This document shows positions 18,497 to 30,600 of a stretch of 64,000 nt of DNA, piece by piece. How positions within the stretch are numbered: the stretch's first letter is position 1; each line of letters opens with the position of its first letter. The notes beneath the pieces are model-generated. The model did no database searches. It was given only the letters and a program-made list of their open reading frames with translations, and was not told the origin of the DNA. A program made the translations under genes and the position numbers. The stretch lies in the IMG/VR virus record IMGVR_UViG_3300025608_000006. One strand, given 5' to 3'. This DNA is from a virus (Duplodnaviria; Caudoviricetes).

Positions 18497-19981
18497 TTAA
18501 ACTTTTAGTACACATTCTACTAGTTTTTCGCCCTCATCGCTGTTGCTTTCTAATGCAACACCAACTAAACTGCCGCCGTTAATTTCTGTGCTTGCACAAC
18601 CATTAGCGTTGACATAAACTGCTTGCCCTTTCTTAACTGCACCTATAATGCGAACTGGTAAGCGCCCTTTAAGACCAATGTATTGACCTTCTGCTTCACT
18701 GTTCATCATTACAGCTGGATCCGTTGATACAACACCAATTGCAATTGCGCCTACACTTGCTGCTTCAACTTCGTGATCTTCGTGTGCGCACACTGTAACT
18801 ACTGTACCTGGCGCTAGTTCTTCGCCTGTTGAATACTTTTCTGCAAGGTCAGCATAACGTGCTTGTGTTGCAACACCTTGGAATAAGTTTGCTGCTATGT
18901 TTCCTGTTGCATCTCTAACTGCTACTGTATTATTAGTTGCGCTCGAACTTGCACTACGGAAATCGCTACCCACTCTTAGTGTAGCAGCTTTAGTTGCTTC
19001 GCCTGTAAAGTTAGCAGCATAAACATTTGACCATCCTAGGCTAGCACTGCCTAATGTAAATGTGTTGTCTGCTGCTGGTACAAATCCAGTTGATGTAACT
19101 GTGGCAACATGTGTTAGTACACCTGCGCCACTGGTAACTTTTAATTTAATTACACCATTGTTAGTAATATTTTGGATTATGCCATCAAATCCATTAGTAT
19201 CTATTTTAACTTGGAAATCGTTCGATTCACCAATTAACGCTCCTTCGTCTGGAAATTCAACTGCACTAGTAAATACTGTATTGCCTACTCCAGTTTTAAC
19301 ATAGTTATCTGCTGTAAATCCGCCGAGCTTTTCAGCGTTTGTTGCTGTTCCATGGAATCTGTCTTCTCCAGTAGTAACACCAGCTGTTGCTAGTTTAGTA
19401 TTACGCAGTGTAATACCTTTGTTAATTCTATCGAATCCTTGTGCAATTAATGCAGTTTCACTTGCATTTAGATCAAACTGTGTAGGACTAATAACAAAAA
19501 TTGTTTCGTCTTCAATAACACTAGATATCAATCCTCTAGTAGCACTTGTAGAATCAAGAACTTCAAGGCTTTGCATTTGGGTTACGCCTTCACCTGCGTT
19601 CTGTGGTCCTATAAGTACAAAGTTTGTACCGTTATACACATAAAGTTGATCATTGCCATTATCCCACCAAAAATCAGCAGTGGCTAATCCTGTTGGTTCT
19701 GTTGCACCTACTTCTGCTCCGCCTGTTGTACGCCATTGTGTACCATCATAAAACTTTAGTTTGCTTGTGCCACTGTCAAACCATACCTGACCGCTAATCG
19801 GTCTACTTGGCTGATTTGCTCCGCTAAAGTTTTCTAACAAAAACAAGAAGTTTTCGTTTTGAATTTCACCGTACCCTGCGTAGTTTTTACCGATGAATTT
19901 AAGGTCAGTTGTTTGATCAACTGTACCATCTTCCACTGTAGTTAACAGTGTGTTATTATATCTGTCTATTGCATATGCCAT
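18497..19981 (-). CDS. Tail fibre-like protein with C-terminal intramolecular chaperone/autocleavage-like domain
   Basis: N-terminal GYGE..NENF..LLENF...GQVWFD module shared with the two neighbouring genes; C-terminal ARYADLAEKY...GVVSTDP..MN...IGLKGRLPVRIIG resembles the Peptidase_G2-type chaperone domain. Confidence 0.7.
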   Translation of the reverse strand: MAYAIDRYNNTLLTTVEDGTVDQTTDLKFIGKNYAGYGEIQNENFLFLLENFSGANQPSRPISGQVWFDSGTSKLKFYDGTQWRTTGGAEVGATEPTGLATADFWWDNGNDQLYVYNGTNFVLIGPQNAGEGVTQMQSLEVLDSTSATRGLISSVIEDETIFVISPTQFDLNASETALIAQGFDRINKGITLRNTKLATAGVTTGEDRFHGTATNAEKLGGFTADNYVKTGVGNTVFTSAVEFPDEGALIGESNDFQVKIDTNGFDGIIQNITNNGVIKLKVTSGAGVLTHVATVTSTGFVPAADNTFTLGSASLGWSNVYAANFTGEATKAATLRVGSDFRSASSSATNNTVAVRDATGNIAANLFQGVATQARYADLAEKYSTGEELAPGTVVTVCAHEDHEVEAASVGAIAIGVVSTDPAVMMNSEAEGQYIGLKGRLPVRIIGAVKKGQAVYVNANGCASTEINGGSLVGVALESNSDEGEKLVECVLKV

Positions 19982-20008
19982 TTATGTAACCCCTAGTGCT
20001 ATTAGTAT

Positions 20009-20016
20009 TATTTATC
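20009..20016 (-). promoter_or_regulatory. T4-type late promoter (GATAAATA)
   Basis: TAAATA core 28 bp upstream of ATG 19981. Confidence 0.55.
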
Positions 20017-20020
20017 GTTT

Positions 20021-21931
20021 TTACGAATACACCAGAGTTGACTGGTGTTCCCAAGCAGTGCCGCTAGATTTGTATGTCATCATTGTTCTAGCAGGAGTTA
20101 GAATAACATTACCGCTTGCGCCTTCTGCGTCAAACACCACATCCTGAACAACTGATTCGTTTTGTGTGCCGTTGCTGTCGACATCAATATAACTTATGAC
20201 TTTTGCACTCTCAACATCAACACCTTCAACAGTTGCTCCAGCATATGAAGTTGTATGTATCCTAGCAATTTTATTTGTATTAAGCGAAATAGCAGGATAT
20301 AAATCATTTAAGTAAGAAGATACAGTTGATTCTAATACTGCGCCAGTACCTAAACCAGTAATATCCATACTAAATGCAATTGCTTCAGTTACAATTTCTT
20401 CATCTACGTATTCTTTTGTAGTTACAGTATTACTTACTGATTCGTCTACGGCAAGCTCTGCTGCTTTTCTAGAACTTATTGCTTTAGCAACCCCAGTAAT
20501 GCTTTGATTATCTGTAATATTGATATCAGCGCCTGCTGTAATTGCAATGCCGTTTGTTGAAGTGATAGCCATATCATTCGTAGAGCTAATTATTTTGCCG
20601 TTGATGTTAATTTCGTCAACTTGCAATACAGTTAACGTGCCAATTTGATCTAGATCTAACGCTTTAGTAACATTAACTAACGTATCATTTGTTAGTTTGT
20701 CAACTCCGCCAATTTTGTAAGTAGAAGTACTATTCAATAAATCAAAGTTTACATTTGAAGTAAACGAGTTAGTAGCAACTTTCCAAAGTATATCCTTACT
20801 GCCATTACTACTATTAACTTGTATACCCGAACTGTCGGCTTGTGCATCAGTAAGTTCTGTACTATCATTTAGCACACCAATTTCGATAATTTTATCTTCA
20901 ACTCTCAGTGTTTGCACATCTAATGCAACTCTGTCGCCTTCGACAATTAAGTCGCCTGTTACTCTTAAGTCGCCTTCTACATCAAGTGTGTATTCCGGTA
21001 GCCTGTCAGTTGTAAATATACCTACTCGTGCAGTGCTTGCATCAATATAAATTGCATCTACTGAAATTGCGCCGAACTCAGTAGACTTAACACGCAGACT
21101 TAAATCGTGATCAGTAAGCTGGTTTTCAATATAAAAGCGAGGTCCAACAACTTTCTGTACGTTGTTTTGTGACAATCCAATTGTTAAACCACCTGAGTTT
21201 TGAATTGTTAGTGTACCTGTTGTAATACCGTTTGCTGTAGATGGAAGGAAACTATCAGCTGTTCTAACTATACCGCCTGCTGTTACAAGTGCGTTTGCAG
21301 AATCTGCAATTCCTCTATATTTAAAATTATCAGTGTCAATAATATTATACCCAGATTTGATAATTCCATTTGGATTTGCATCTGTGACTAGACCTAAAAT
21401 ACGCTGTGCATATTGAGGTGTAAATTCAATATTACTAATAACTGCTGATAGTGTGCCGGCTACATATAGGTATACCACTGTTCTCGAACGGCTCTGGGAG
21501 TCAAGAATACTACCAACTTCAAATCCGCTCTTTCCTTGAGACTCTGTATACTGTGGACCCATTAACATTAAGTCCGTGCCGTCAAATGCATACACCTGAT
21601 TGTTTAGGTTGTCAATCCACAAGTCGCCTGCAACCATTTGTGGACGAGTATTTTGTACAATTGGTCCGCCACTGGACTTCCATACAGTGCCGTCATAAAC
21701 TTTCAAACGCTGTTCATTGCTATCCCACCAAAGCTGTCCAGTGATCGGATTGCTAGGTGCAGCAGTATTTGAGAAATTTTCTAATAGCTTAATAAAGTTT
21801 TCGTTAAAATATTCGCCGTAACCTGAATAATTTCTACCAACTAATACTAAATTAGTACTAGTAGTATCTATTTGTCCATCAATTAGGTCTGTTAGCAGTG
21901 TGCCGTCTGTCTTATTTAATTGATAGCTCAT
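20021..21931 (-). CDS. Tail fibre/baseplate-associated protein
   Basis: Same N-terminal NENF..LLENF/GQLWWD module; beta-repeat-rich body (VGIFTTDRLPEYTLDVEGDLRVTGDL). Confidence 0.65.
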   Translation of the reverse strand: MSYQLNKTDGTLLTDLIDGQIDTTSTNLVLVGRNYSGYGEYFNENFIKLLENFSNTAAPSNPITGQLWWDSNEQRLKVYDGTVWKSSGGPIVQNTRPQMVAGDLWIDNLNNQVYAFDGTDLMLMGPQYTESQGKSGFEVGSILDSQSRSRTVVYLYVAGTLSAVISNIEFTPQYAQRILGLVTDANPNGIIKSGYNIIDTDNFKYRGIADSANALVTAGGIVRTADSFLPSTANGITTGTLTIQNSGGLTIGLSQNNVQKVVGPRFYIENQLTDHDLSLRVKSTEFGAISVDAIYIDASTARVGIFTTDRLPEYTLDVEGDLRVTGDLIVEGDRVALDVQTLRVEDKIIEIGVLNDSTELTDAQADSSGIQVNSSNGSKDILWKVATNSFTSNVNFDLLNSTSTYKIGGVDKLTNDTLVNVTKALDLDQIGTLTVLQVDEININGKIISSTNDMAITSTNGIAITAGADINITDNQSITGVAKAISSRKAAELAVDESVSNTVTTKEYVDEEIVTEAIAFSMDITGLGTGAVLESTVSSYLNDLYPAISLNTNKIARIHTTSYAGATVEGVDVESAKVISYIDVDSNGTQNESVVQDVVFDAEGASGNVILTPARTMMTYKSSGTAWEHQSTLVYS

Positions 21932-21932
21932 T

Positions 21933-24008
21933 TTATTCTCCGGTATATATAATGTAATTGACTGCTAAGAAGGGATTCATTACATCGATCGGAGTGCCTA
22001 ACGTAGTGTCTGTTTTTATTCCGCCGCTGCTTGCAATACCTTGTGTACCGCCCAACCCTGGTTCTATCGGCAGAGATATTGCATTATCGTCAACAGGTTC
22101 GCCTGCTCCTACTCTAACTCCGTAAAACTGTGTTCCGCTAGCACCTTCTAAATCGTGTTCGTGTTCTGGTAAATTATCTGTTGTAATTGTTTTTGTTTCT
22201 GTTCCAGCATTTCCGCCAATAGCATCAGCAGCAATGTCTGTAACACGGTTAGCAGCTGGGCCGCCCATATTGTCAAGACCTAATGCAAATCTACCTCTAA
22301 AGTCAGGCAACGTAAATTTAGCAACACCATTATCGCTTACTAAACTAGCATCTTTAAAGTTGTGTCCTATTGCTATCCATAATTCATTATAATCTGATTT
22401 ATTAACTTCTTGGCCATCACAGAGCAACCATCCGTCTGGCGCTTCTTCTCCGCCGAACGGCATCATCGCACCGGCTGGTACAAGCGGAATTGTTTTTAAG
22501 AAGTTGCGTTTGGTAATTCTATAAACACCAGTTGTTCCAGTAGTTACGTTTAATAACAATTCGTCTGCATTTCCTGCATCGTAAGTAACATCTTTATTAC
22601 TAATAAAACTATTTGCAATACTTACTGCGAAGGTTTTTGTACTACCACCAGTTTGTCCATCAAATTCAAAGCTGTTTGGTTCTACGTCACCACTTAGTGC
22701 AAATGTAGTAGCACTAGCTAGTCTATCTGCACTACCTGCTCGTCCACTAACTGTGCCACTTACGTTGCCTTGAATGTTTCCGAAGAATGTAGTAGCATGT
22801 ATTTGTTCGTATTTGTTAATTGCTGTACCAATACTCCTTGATGCATTTTGATCTGGAGCAATATTACCTGTTTGTAATGTGCCTGCCGCAAGGTCACCGT
22901 TACCCTTCATCAGAATGTCGCCGCCTACAACTAAGTTTTGACTGATGCCTACTCCGCCCGATGTTACTAGACTACCATCACTAATAGCTGTAGTGTTTTC
23001 AGTGCTAGTAAGAGTTAATACTCCTGTTTCTGCTTCGCCAGTTTTGGGAGATATTTTAATATTACCTTTAACATCTATTGCTTCTTCTGGAGCACTATTG
23101 TTGAAACCTACATTACCGTCGCCTGTAATACTCATAACAGTTGGTGTTAGGTTTCCGTTTCTCATTCTAATATCAATACTCGAACCACTAGTGTTGTGCT
23201 GAATAACACCAGTCTCGCCATCGATACCTAAACTTAATTGTCCGCCTGTGCCAACTTTAATACCATCATTACTTTTAACACTTAGTTGGTAATCTGTACT
23301 ACTTGCTGCATTTCCTCTTAAAAAATTACTAGCTGCAATAGTTGTACTACCAACAACCAATGCTTCGGCTTTTTCAGCAGTTCCGTAATATTTTAACGGC
23401 TGTAAGTTTACAATAGCCTCGTCTGCAATATTCATGCCAGGATTTATGCCTGTTCTAAATCCCTTGATTGCAATTTTAGGTATAAAACTTTGACTACTGA
23501 TAATAATTACAGGCTGATCTTCAACCTTAATTGTTAATACGTTATAGGTTACGTCATCAATACCTACTAGTGCATCTGCTTGGGCTCCAGTTAAAAGTCC
23601 GTCACTAAAGTCTGGGCCTACTAGTACCCATGCGCTACCTGTAAACAAATATAGTTGTTGACTATCTGTATTAACCCACAAATCTCCAGCACTTGAATTT
23701 GCAACTGCTGGTGCAGAACTTGCTTTTTTAAGGCCGCCGCTTGCAACCCAATTAGTTCCGTCATAAACTTTAAGTTGATCCACTCCGTCTGTCGAATCAT
23801 ACCAAAGCTGCCCTTCTACAGGACGTTCAGGAGCTGTAGTATTTGCAAAGTTTTCTAATAAATGTAAGAAATTTTCGTTTACTGCTTGACCGTATGCTGT
23901 TGTGCCACGACCTGGAAATTTTAATGTTGTTTCGTTATTAAGCGTGTTATCTTGGACATTGATTGTACCTTTATTAACAGTGTCAGTGTAACTTATTGTA
24001 TATGGCAT
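21933..24008 (-). CDS. Short tail fibre-like protein with phage tail collar domain
   Basis: Same N-terminal module; collar motif VPAGAMMPFGGEEAPDGWLLCDGQ...FTLPDFRGRF...MNPFLAVNYIIYTG, with a HEH tip motif. Confidence 0.8.
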   Translation of the reverse strand: MPYTISYTDTVNKGTINVQDNTLNNETTLKFPGRGTTAYGQAVNENFLHLLENFANTTAPERPVEGQLWYDSTDGVDQLKVYDGTNWVASGGLKKASSAPAVANSSAGDLWVNTDSQQLYLFTGSAWVLVGPDFSDGLLTGAQADALVGIDDVTYNVLTIKVEDQPVIIISSQSFIPKIAIKGFRTGINPGMNIADEAIVNLQPLKYYGTAEKAEALVVGSTTIAASNFLRGNAASSTDYQLSVKSNDGIKVGTGGQLSLGIDGETGVIQHNTSGSSIDIRMRNGNLTPTVMSITGDGNVGFNNSAPEEAIDVKGNIKISPKTGEAETGVLTLTSTENTTAISDGSLVTSGGVGISQNLVVGGDILMKGNGDLAAGTLQTGNIAPDQNASRSIGTAINKYEQIHATTFFGNIQGNVSGTVSGRAGSADRLASATTFALSGDVEPNSFEFDGQTGGSTKTFAVSIANSFISNKDVTYDAGNADELLLNVTTGTTGVYRITKRNFLKTIPLVPAGAMMPFGGEEAPDGWLLCDGQEVNKSDYNELWIAIGHNFKDASLVSDNGVAKFTLPDFRGRFALGLDNMGGPAANRVTDIAADAIGGNAGTETKTITTDNLPEHEHDLEGASGTQFYGVRVGAGEPVDDNAISLPIEPGLGGTQGIASSGGIKTDTTLGTPIDVMNPFLAVNYIIYTGE

Positions 24009-24018
24009 AATTTACTCC

Positions 24019-24621
24019 TTAACCTGCTAAACTTTGTACACGCACTGTGTAATCAATCTGAATTAATCTGTTGAGTGACTTTTGTACTGGATGGAAAATA
24101 ACATGAGTAATTAATCTGCCTGTACCGCTTGTACTATAACTGCGCAATCCTAATTCGTCAAATACATACGGACTGTCGGTTGCACTTGCAGTATCAAATG
24201 CATCTTGTCCATTTGGCTCTCCGTAATCTAACAAACAACTTACAACAATATCAGTATAGTTAGTACCACTTACATGACGTGTTTCTAATTTATTACGTGC
24301 AGGATCAGTATTATTCACACTTCTATCATCAACAACTTTGGTATAGGTTTGGTTGTATAGACTTGCATTTGTGCCTGTGCTGTTAGGTGTTAGGTATGTA
24401 ATAATACCTGTTGGGTCAACACTTGTGCCGCCGTTGCCAAAACTCATTTCATATATAAATCCTTGCCCAGCATTACTTAAACTCTCTGCAAGTGCAAGAC
24501 TCATATTTTCATAATGAATTGCATTGCGCTTGTCAATATATACTTTTTGTGACTCGGGATCGAATATTTTGATATGTCCCTGAACCAATACTCCATTTGT
24601 GTCTTGCATGTTATCGCTCAT
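24019..24621 (-). CDS. Putative baseplate/fibre-attachment protein
   Basis: 200-aa ORF between the giant baseplate gene and the fibre genes; FDELGL..LITHVIF.PVQKSLNRLIQIDYTV resembles fibre-attachment domains; upstream AATAAATA at 24648-24641. Confidence 0.5.
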   Translation of the reverse strand: MSDNMQDTNGVLVQGHIKIFDPESQKVYIDKRNAIHYENMSLALAESLSNAGQGFIYEMSFGNGGTSVDPTGIITYLTPNSTGTNASLYNQTYTKVVDDRSVNNTDPARNKLETRHVSGTNYTDIVVSCLLDYGEPNGQDAFDTASATDSPYVFDELGLRSYSTSGTGRLITHVIFHPVQKSLNRLIQIDYTVRVQSLAG

Positions 24622-24643
24622 TTAATTTTTTCCTATACTGTAT

Positions 24644-27600
24644 TTATTCAGGCAGCGCACTTGTTCCTGCACGTAAGAACCTTGCAATTGAATTTTCTGA
24701 ATCACTTAATGATACGCCGTCATCTGTCCAGGCTCGGCCAACTTTTTTAACAACTGTTACTCTTGTATCTTGTGCAGGAGCAGTAGCTAGAGTAATTTCG
24801 TTTGTATCTGCATCAAACGTAAAGTCTGCTACTATTGTTGTATCGCCTTCTGGACTATCTAGTGCTGCGGTGTAATCAAAGACATCTAATGGTGTCTTAC
24901 GCATACGTGTTCCTGCAACAAACACTTCAATTTCGTTAATTGACGATACTGGGTAACTAACTTCAAAAGTAGTTGTTAGTCCGTCTGCTGTAGTGTTAGA
25001 TACCAATGTTTGATCTTTATATGGAACAGTTTTGCCTATATTTTGGTCAAACACATCGGTATTTACATCATATGTATCTTTGACTCCTGTCCCCAATGTT
25101 CCTCTACGAAGTTGACGTAATGTATTTTCTTCTTTAACAAAATATTCAATACGCTCACCTTCGATAAAGATTACGCCTGGCAAATTTCGACTTTTATTTG
25201 GTTCTGATAAATTAAATGCATTATCTAACTCAATTCTTAAATCATAATAATTTAGTGCCTGTGCTAGTTTAGCAGTTGATTTTTCTAAACGTTTGAAATG
25301 TGTTCTATTAAGCATATCTTTAAACTGTCGGTAAGCAAACTTAGGCTTGCTTGCTGCAGATGTAAAGTGAATAACGTCTATAACAGCATCTGCATCCGGA
25401 CGCCTAACTAATTGTAATTTTAATTTATCGTCTGTAATATAATAATCAACGCTAGGCGATAATAGTTCACCATTTACAGCAACCCAGACATACTGTGCAT
25501 CAATTGCAGGCGATCTTAGTGTAATTTCTCCAACTGTCAGTCTATTATAAGTGATGTAATCTACATCTTCTGGAATCAACGTAGTTCTCGATACAACATC
25601 ATAATTAATACGTTCAATTCCTAATAAATTATGATTAGTAAATTGAATTATTTCAATCGTTGAATTGTCAGCAGGAACATCGTCTAATGTAATAGTAGAT
25701 CCATTTATTCTATAATCTCCATCAGTAATTACATACATTTCTAGTGTATCTCCTGGTGAGCCAATATCATCAGAAAGTGTAATATTACTATTTGCAATTT
25801 CAAAACGCCAGTCTAATGGTGTTGATAGTTCTGATCCGTTTAAAAATACCTTAACATCTTGAACATCTAAACTACCCTGTGGCATTTGGAATATCTCAAA
25901 CGGGTATTCACGCTGACTATTTTGAGGTATTGTATATTTGACATTGTATCCTGCATTTAAAATTAAGTTATCAACTTTAACCAGAACGTTGTGTTCTGAT
26001 GGAATTGCGTAAAGAGGAGCATTTGATAAGTTGAACTCATTGGTTACACCGTCACCTGTAAAGGTGTCTTTGGTAATTTGACTATAATTAACTTGCTCAT
26101 CTGCTGAGAATACTGTGTAATTAATTACAGCACCGTCGGCAACAACTTCTTCAAATCTGATAACAGTTTTAGGTGTTGTTTCTGATGCAAATGCTGCAAC
26201 TGTTTGTTGTACACCGTTAATACTTGCATACACACTTGCTCCATCTTCCCAGTCGACTGTTGTCTCAAATTCAGTAGTCGATCCGTCGCCTAGTAATTTT
26301 CCAAAGTCTAACAAATTTTGTGTGCCTTGAGATACTGTTACAATATTCAGTTCTGCTCCGACTGTTGCACTATCAAGTGTTACAGTGTTTGCACTCCAAT
26401 CAATAGTATAATCAGTCTGCGGAAGTATAACATCTGCAACTTTTACAATCACTGCATTGCTGCTATTCGGAATAACACCTAAATCATAAGTTAGTGTGCT
26501 ATCCATAATGTAGCTCTGACTGTTGATAACGCCTTGACCTTCACTGTCTCTTGTGTAAACTTTAATATCTAGTGTGTCAAGAATTTGTCCTGGAACAACT
26601 TCTTCAGGACCGCTGCTTGTAGTAGGTGTAACAAATCCATCACCATCTACAATAATTTCTTCTGCTGCAATACCACGTGCTGATGTATAAGCTAAGTCGC
26701 CGCCTGTAAGTGCTGTATCGTAACTTTCTAGATCAGGTATAACACTGCCGTCGCTGGTTGTTTTTCTTACTACAAAAACATCGCCGTCTAACAAGCTTAT
26801 GCCAAGATCCTGTACATATACAACGTCAGTAGTGCCGTCGCCTGTAATACTGTTTGTGATAGCATATACGTTTGTTGGTGTTCCTTCATCATAATTTGGA
26901 TCGTCAATTCTTACACCGTTCTTGTAAAGGTTATAAACAACGCCATCTTCTAAAGGTTCGCTAAGTTGTACTGCAATTGTCGATCCGTCTGCTGTAAACA
27001 CTTCGTCTTCAAAAGTGTCATCAAACTCGTCCCAATTATCAGTGTACCAAGGCTGACTGTCAAACCCGCTTGGGCTCGAAAAATCAAAGCTACGCACTTC
27101 AACGCCACCGTAATCAACACCAGACATCAGTTGTGCTAAGTCATTGCCGTACATTCCTGCAATCGGAGTGTACGCAAATTTAATTCTGTCTTCTGCACTT
27201 AGCATACTCAACGGAATAACATATTCGATACGAATTACTGAATTTAATTTTGGAGGAGTTGTAAATAGTACTTTACCCTGTTCTCTAGCATAAGATTTAT
27301 CAGTATTTTCAATATTTTCGTATGTATATTTGCTACGTAGTTGTAAAATATTATCCACATATACCTTAATTTTCGTGTTACTAAGATCCATTGGCCATTC
27401 GAGGAAGAATCTATTTTCGAATCCAGTACCTGTGAATGTTTCTGTTTTAGCAAGAGTGTCAAATGTAAATGTTCCACTTGTTCTATCGAATTTAATTTTA
27501 ACAAGAGGACTTCTTACCAATCCATTACCTAACACTGCTGTTGCTCTTGCAGGTGTTCCAGTTTCTAACTGTGAGCCAGAAATTACAACAGTTGGTGCAG

Positions 27601-30600
27601 TAGTATATCCGGTTCCTGGATTGGTTATTTTGATACTAGTTATAGATCCATAACCTAAATACGCTTTAGCAGTTGCTCCGGTGCCGCCTCCGCCTACTAA
27701 TGTAATAATCGGTTCAAATGTAAATCCTGAGCCACCGTCTCCGATTTTGATTTCTGTTATTTGATAGCCGATATTGTCTTTCCAATGTTTGCGAGGGTAC
27801 GTTGTAGTATCTAAATTTTCATCAACTATTTCACCGTTAACTATTTTTGCGTTACTAGCTTCGATTGTTTTAGAAGTTTTATTGTATACTGGAGAAAGAT
27901 CAAAGTCACTAATACTGCTATTTGTAGGATCAATAGCATTATATTCGCTAACAAACTCTCTAATCTTTGTCGAATACGGTTTAAATTCTTCTACAAAATC
28001 TTGATAGCTTTGTAAATTATCATTATTAAATGTTATGTCTTGCTTACTCAACGATTCTCTGTTATGTGTTGCTTTTACAAAACTAGTTTTAAACATCCAA
28101 TCTACAGATTGCTGCTCTGCCATTACATAACGTAATGCAGCTATAAATAATTGATTATACTCTGTTTCTAAATCTCCAACAAAAATATTATCTCTAATAG
28201 TTTCAAGTATGATTCTTATTTCTATACTAGGAGTATTATCATAAAAATTACTATCAAAACTTCTGTTGTCAAAACCTACAGTGTTTTTACCATAGTCATA
28301 CAAGGTATCATTAAATTGTATTGTACCGTTTTGTCTGCCAATAACATCGTAGTTAATTGTATAATCTTCACTATCTTGATCATCTATTTTTTGCAACAAT
28401 AGCCAGCCGCCGCTACCTACTGTTTCAATTTTGACAATATCGCCAATATTATTTTGTAGACTAGGCAGTTCATAAGACCCTTGAATTATATCATTAATAT
28501 TAGTAAATTGATTATATCCGTCTGCAAACCAATCTGTATATCTCCAATAAGATTCTACATTATAACTTTGTAATTTTCTTCTATACCATTCCTTACCGTC
28601 CCACGAGTACAACGCCCACTTGTCTTGTATAGTTTCATCTGCATTTACTAATACTGTAAATGGGCGAACAGTTATTGTAGTATTACTATTATAACCTTCT
28701 CCTGTATTAGTAAGTTGCACATCGATTATTTGTCCTAAATTATTAATTTCAATATCGAAATCAACGTTTGAACCAGTGCCATTAACTTTGAAACTAGGAG
28801 CAACTTTGTAGCCTCTGCCAGGATCTGTGATATTAATTCTAGAAATACGACCATTAATTACTACAGGTGTTAGTATTGCAGGAACAATTTTATTTGTACT
28901 TACAAATGCAAGTTCTGAGAATGTATCAATTGTTAAGTCGTACTCTCTAGAAATTTCTGTAGGCGCTGCATCTAGCTGTGTTAGTGCAGATATGTCGTAT
29001 TCGTCAACTACTAAAGTTTCTAACAATTTTAGGTTTATTCTTTCAATTGTCTGCTTTAGTGCTTCAAAGCGGTTAACAAACATGCTCTGTCTTGGACGAT
29101 TTTGTACGCCGTAACGATTTTTAACAGTAATAGTAGGATCTGGTACAATTCTGTTGTTGTCGTCAAAACCAATTAAACTATCAAACCATTTGCGCTCGAT
29201 ATCAGGATCAGGTTTGCTTGTCTTTAATCCATCTGATATTAATTTGTATTGACTATGAACATTTTGAGTTTTCTTTGGACCCGTTGAATATTTAATGTTT
29301 AGTACTAAGTCGTCGTTGTCGACAAATGTATCAAAATTGTTAAGCACAAACTTATTGTTAGAAAGTAGACTCAAGAATGGATATCCTTGAGTTCTTGGAT
29401 TTTCTATAAGAGCAGCAATATCTCTAATGCTTAACCTTCTGTTTTCCATTACAGGAACAGTAACTTTGTTAACTACCCAGAAGTAATATTTGTTGCTAAA
29501 TGTTTTGCTTACTTCATCGTATATAATTTTGGTAGAATATCTAGTATCGCCAAACAAACTTGTTCCGCTAATTTTAGATACAATTCCACTAGGTGTATCT
29601 GCAATACTATCCCAGATACTAGGAATATAATTACTTTCAACCCATTCATAAACGTCAATTCTTGATCCAGGCACTAGCTTATTCCAATTATTTTTTTGGA
29701 ATGTTGTAGATCCTTGATACGCATGTGTAAATTTAGCAGTTCCAATATTCCACCAAACTTGTCCTGTATGTTTATCTGTCCAAGCTCTGTTTGGATCAAC
29801 TGAACTGTCCGATGTATTTCCTGTATTATATACTGCTGGATCGAAAGAAGTTTTAAATGTAATTTCTTGATCTGCTGGGCCTGCTATTTTTCCTTGTACT
29901 GGATCAATATAATCAATATAACTTACAAGTTTATTCTCACGCTTGTTATATAAAAATGCTCCTCTAATGTTATCTACATCTACTGGAGTTATTCCTTCAC
30001 TTATAACGTTCCATGCAAATGTATTTGCATTTTTTCTAAAGTCGAGTAATGTTCCTTTATTTTCGTTGCTTACTTGGTCTGGCATTCCGATGTAAACGTG
30101 GTTGCCGTTAGCATAAACGTTTTCGCCGAATGTTGTTTGTGTTAGTGGGTATACAAACTGCTCTGAGTATATTAAGTTTTCGTTAACAGTTTCGTAAACG
30201 TAAACAACACCTTTGTCTAGTTTAATGTTTCTAAAGTTTGTAAATTCGTTATCAAACGTAGTTGCGGTTTCTTCAGTGTCAGCATATACTGCAACGTCAA
30301 ACGTAGTTGGAATTGTTTGATCGCCGTTTAAACTCGACACTACCAAGTTGTCTGCGCCAAAATCTAATCCAAATCCAAAGCCTTCGCTTTCTTCGTTGTT
30401 AGGCGGTGTTAGTGTTTGTGTCAGTACAAATACACCGTCCGTTTGTGTGTAGACATATACAACACCTTGATTAATTTTATTAGTATCTACTAACATTGAA
30501 CTAATTGCAATCTGTGTTCCCGCAGGATTTATTGCAACTTTGTCTGCCCAGCCTGTGACATTATCAGGAGCAGATATTATTTGGTCTATTTGGAACTGAT

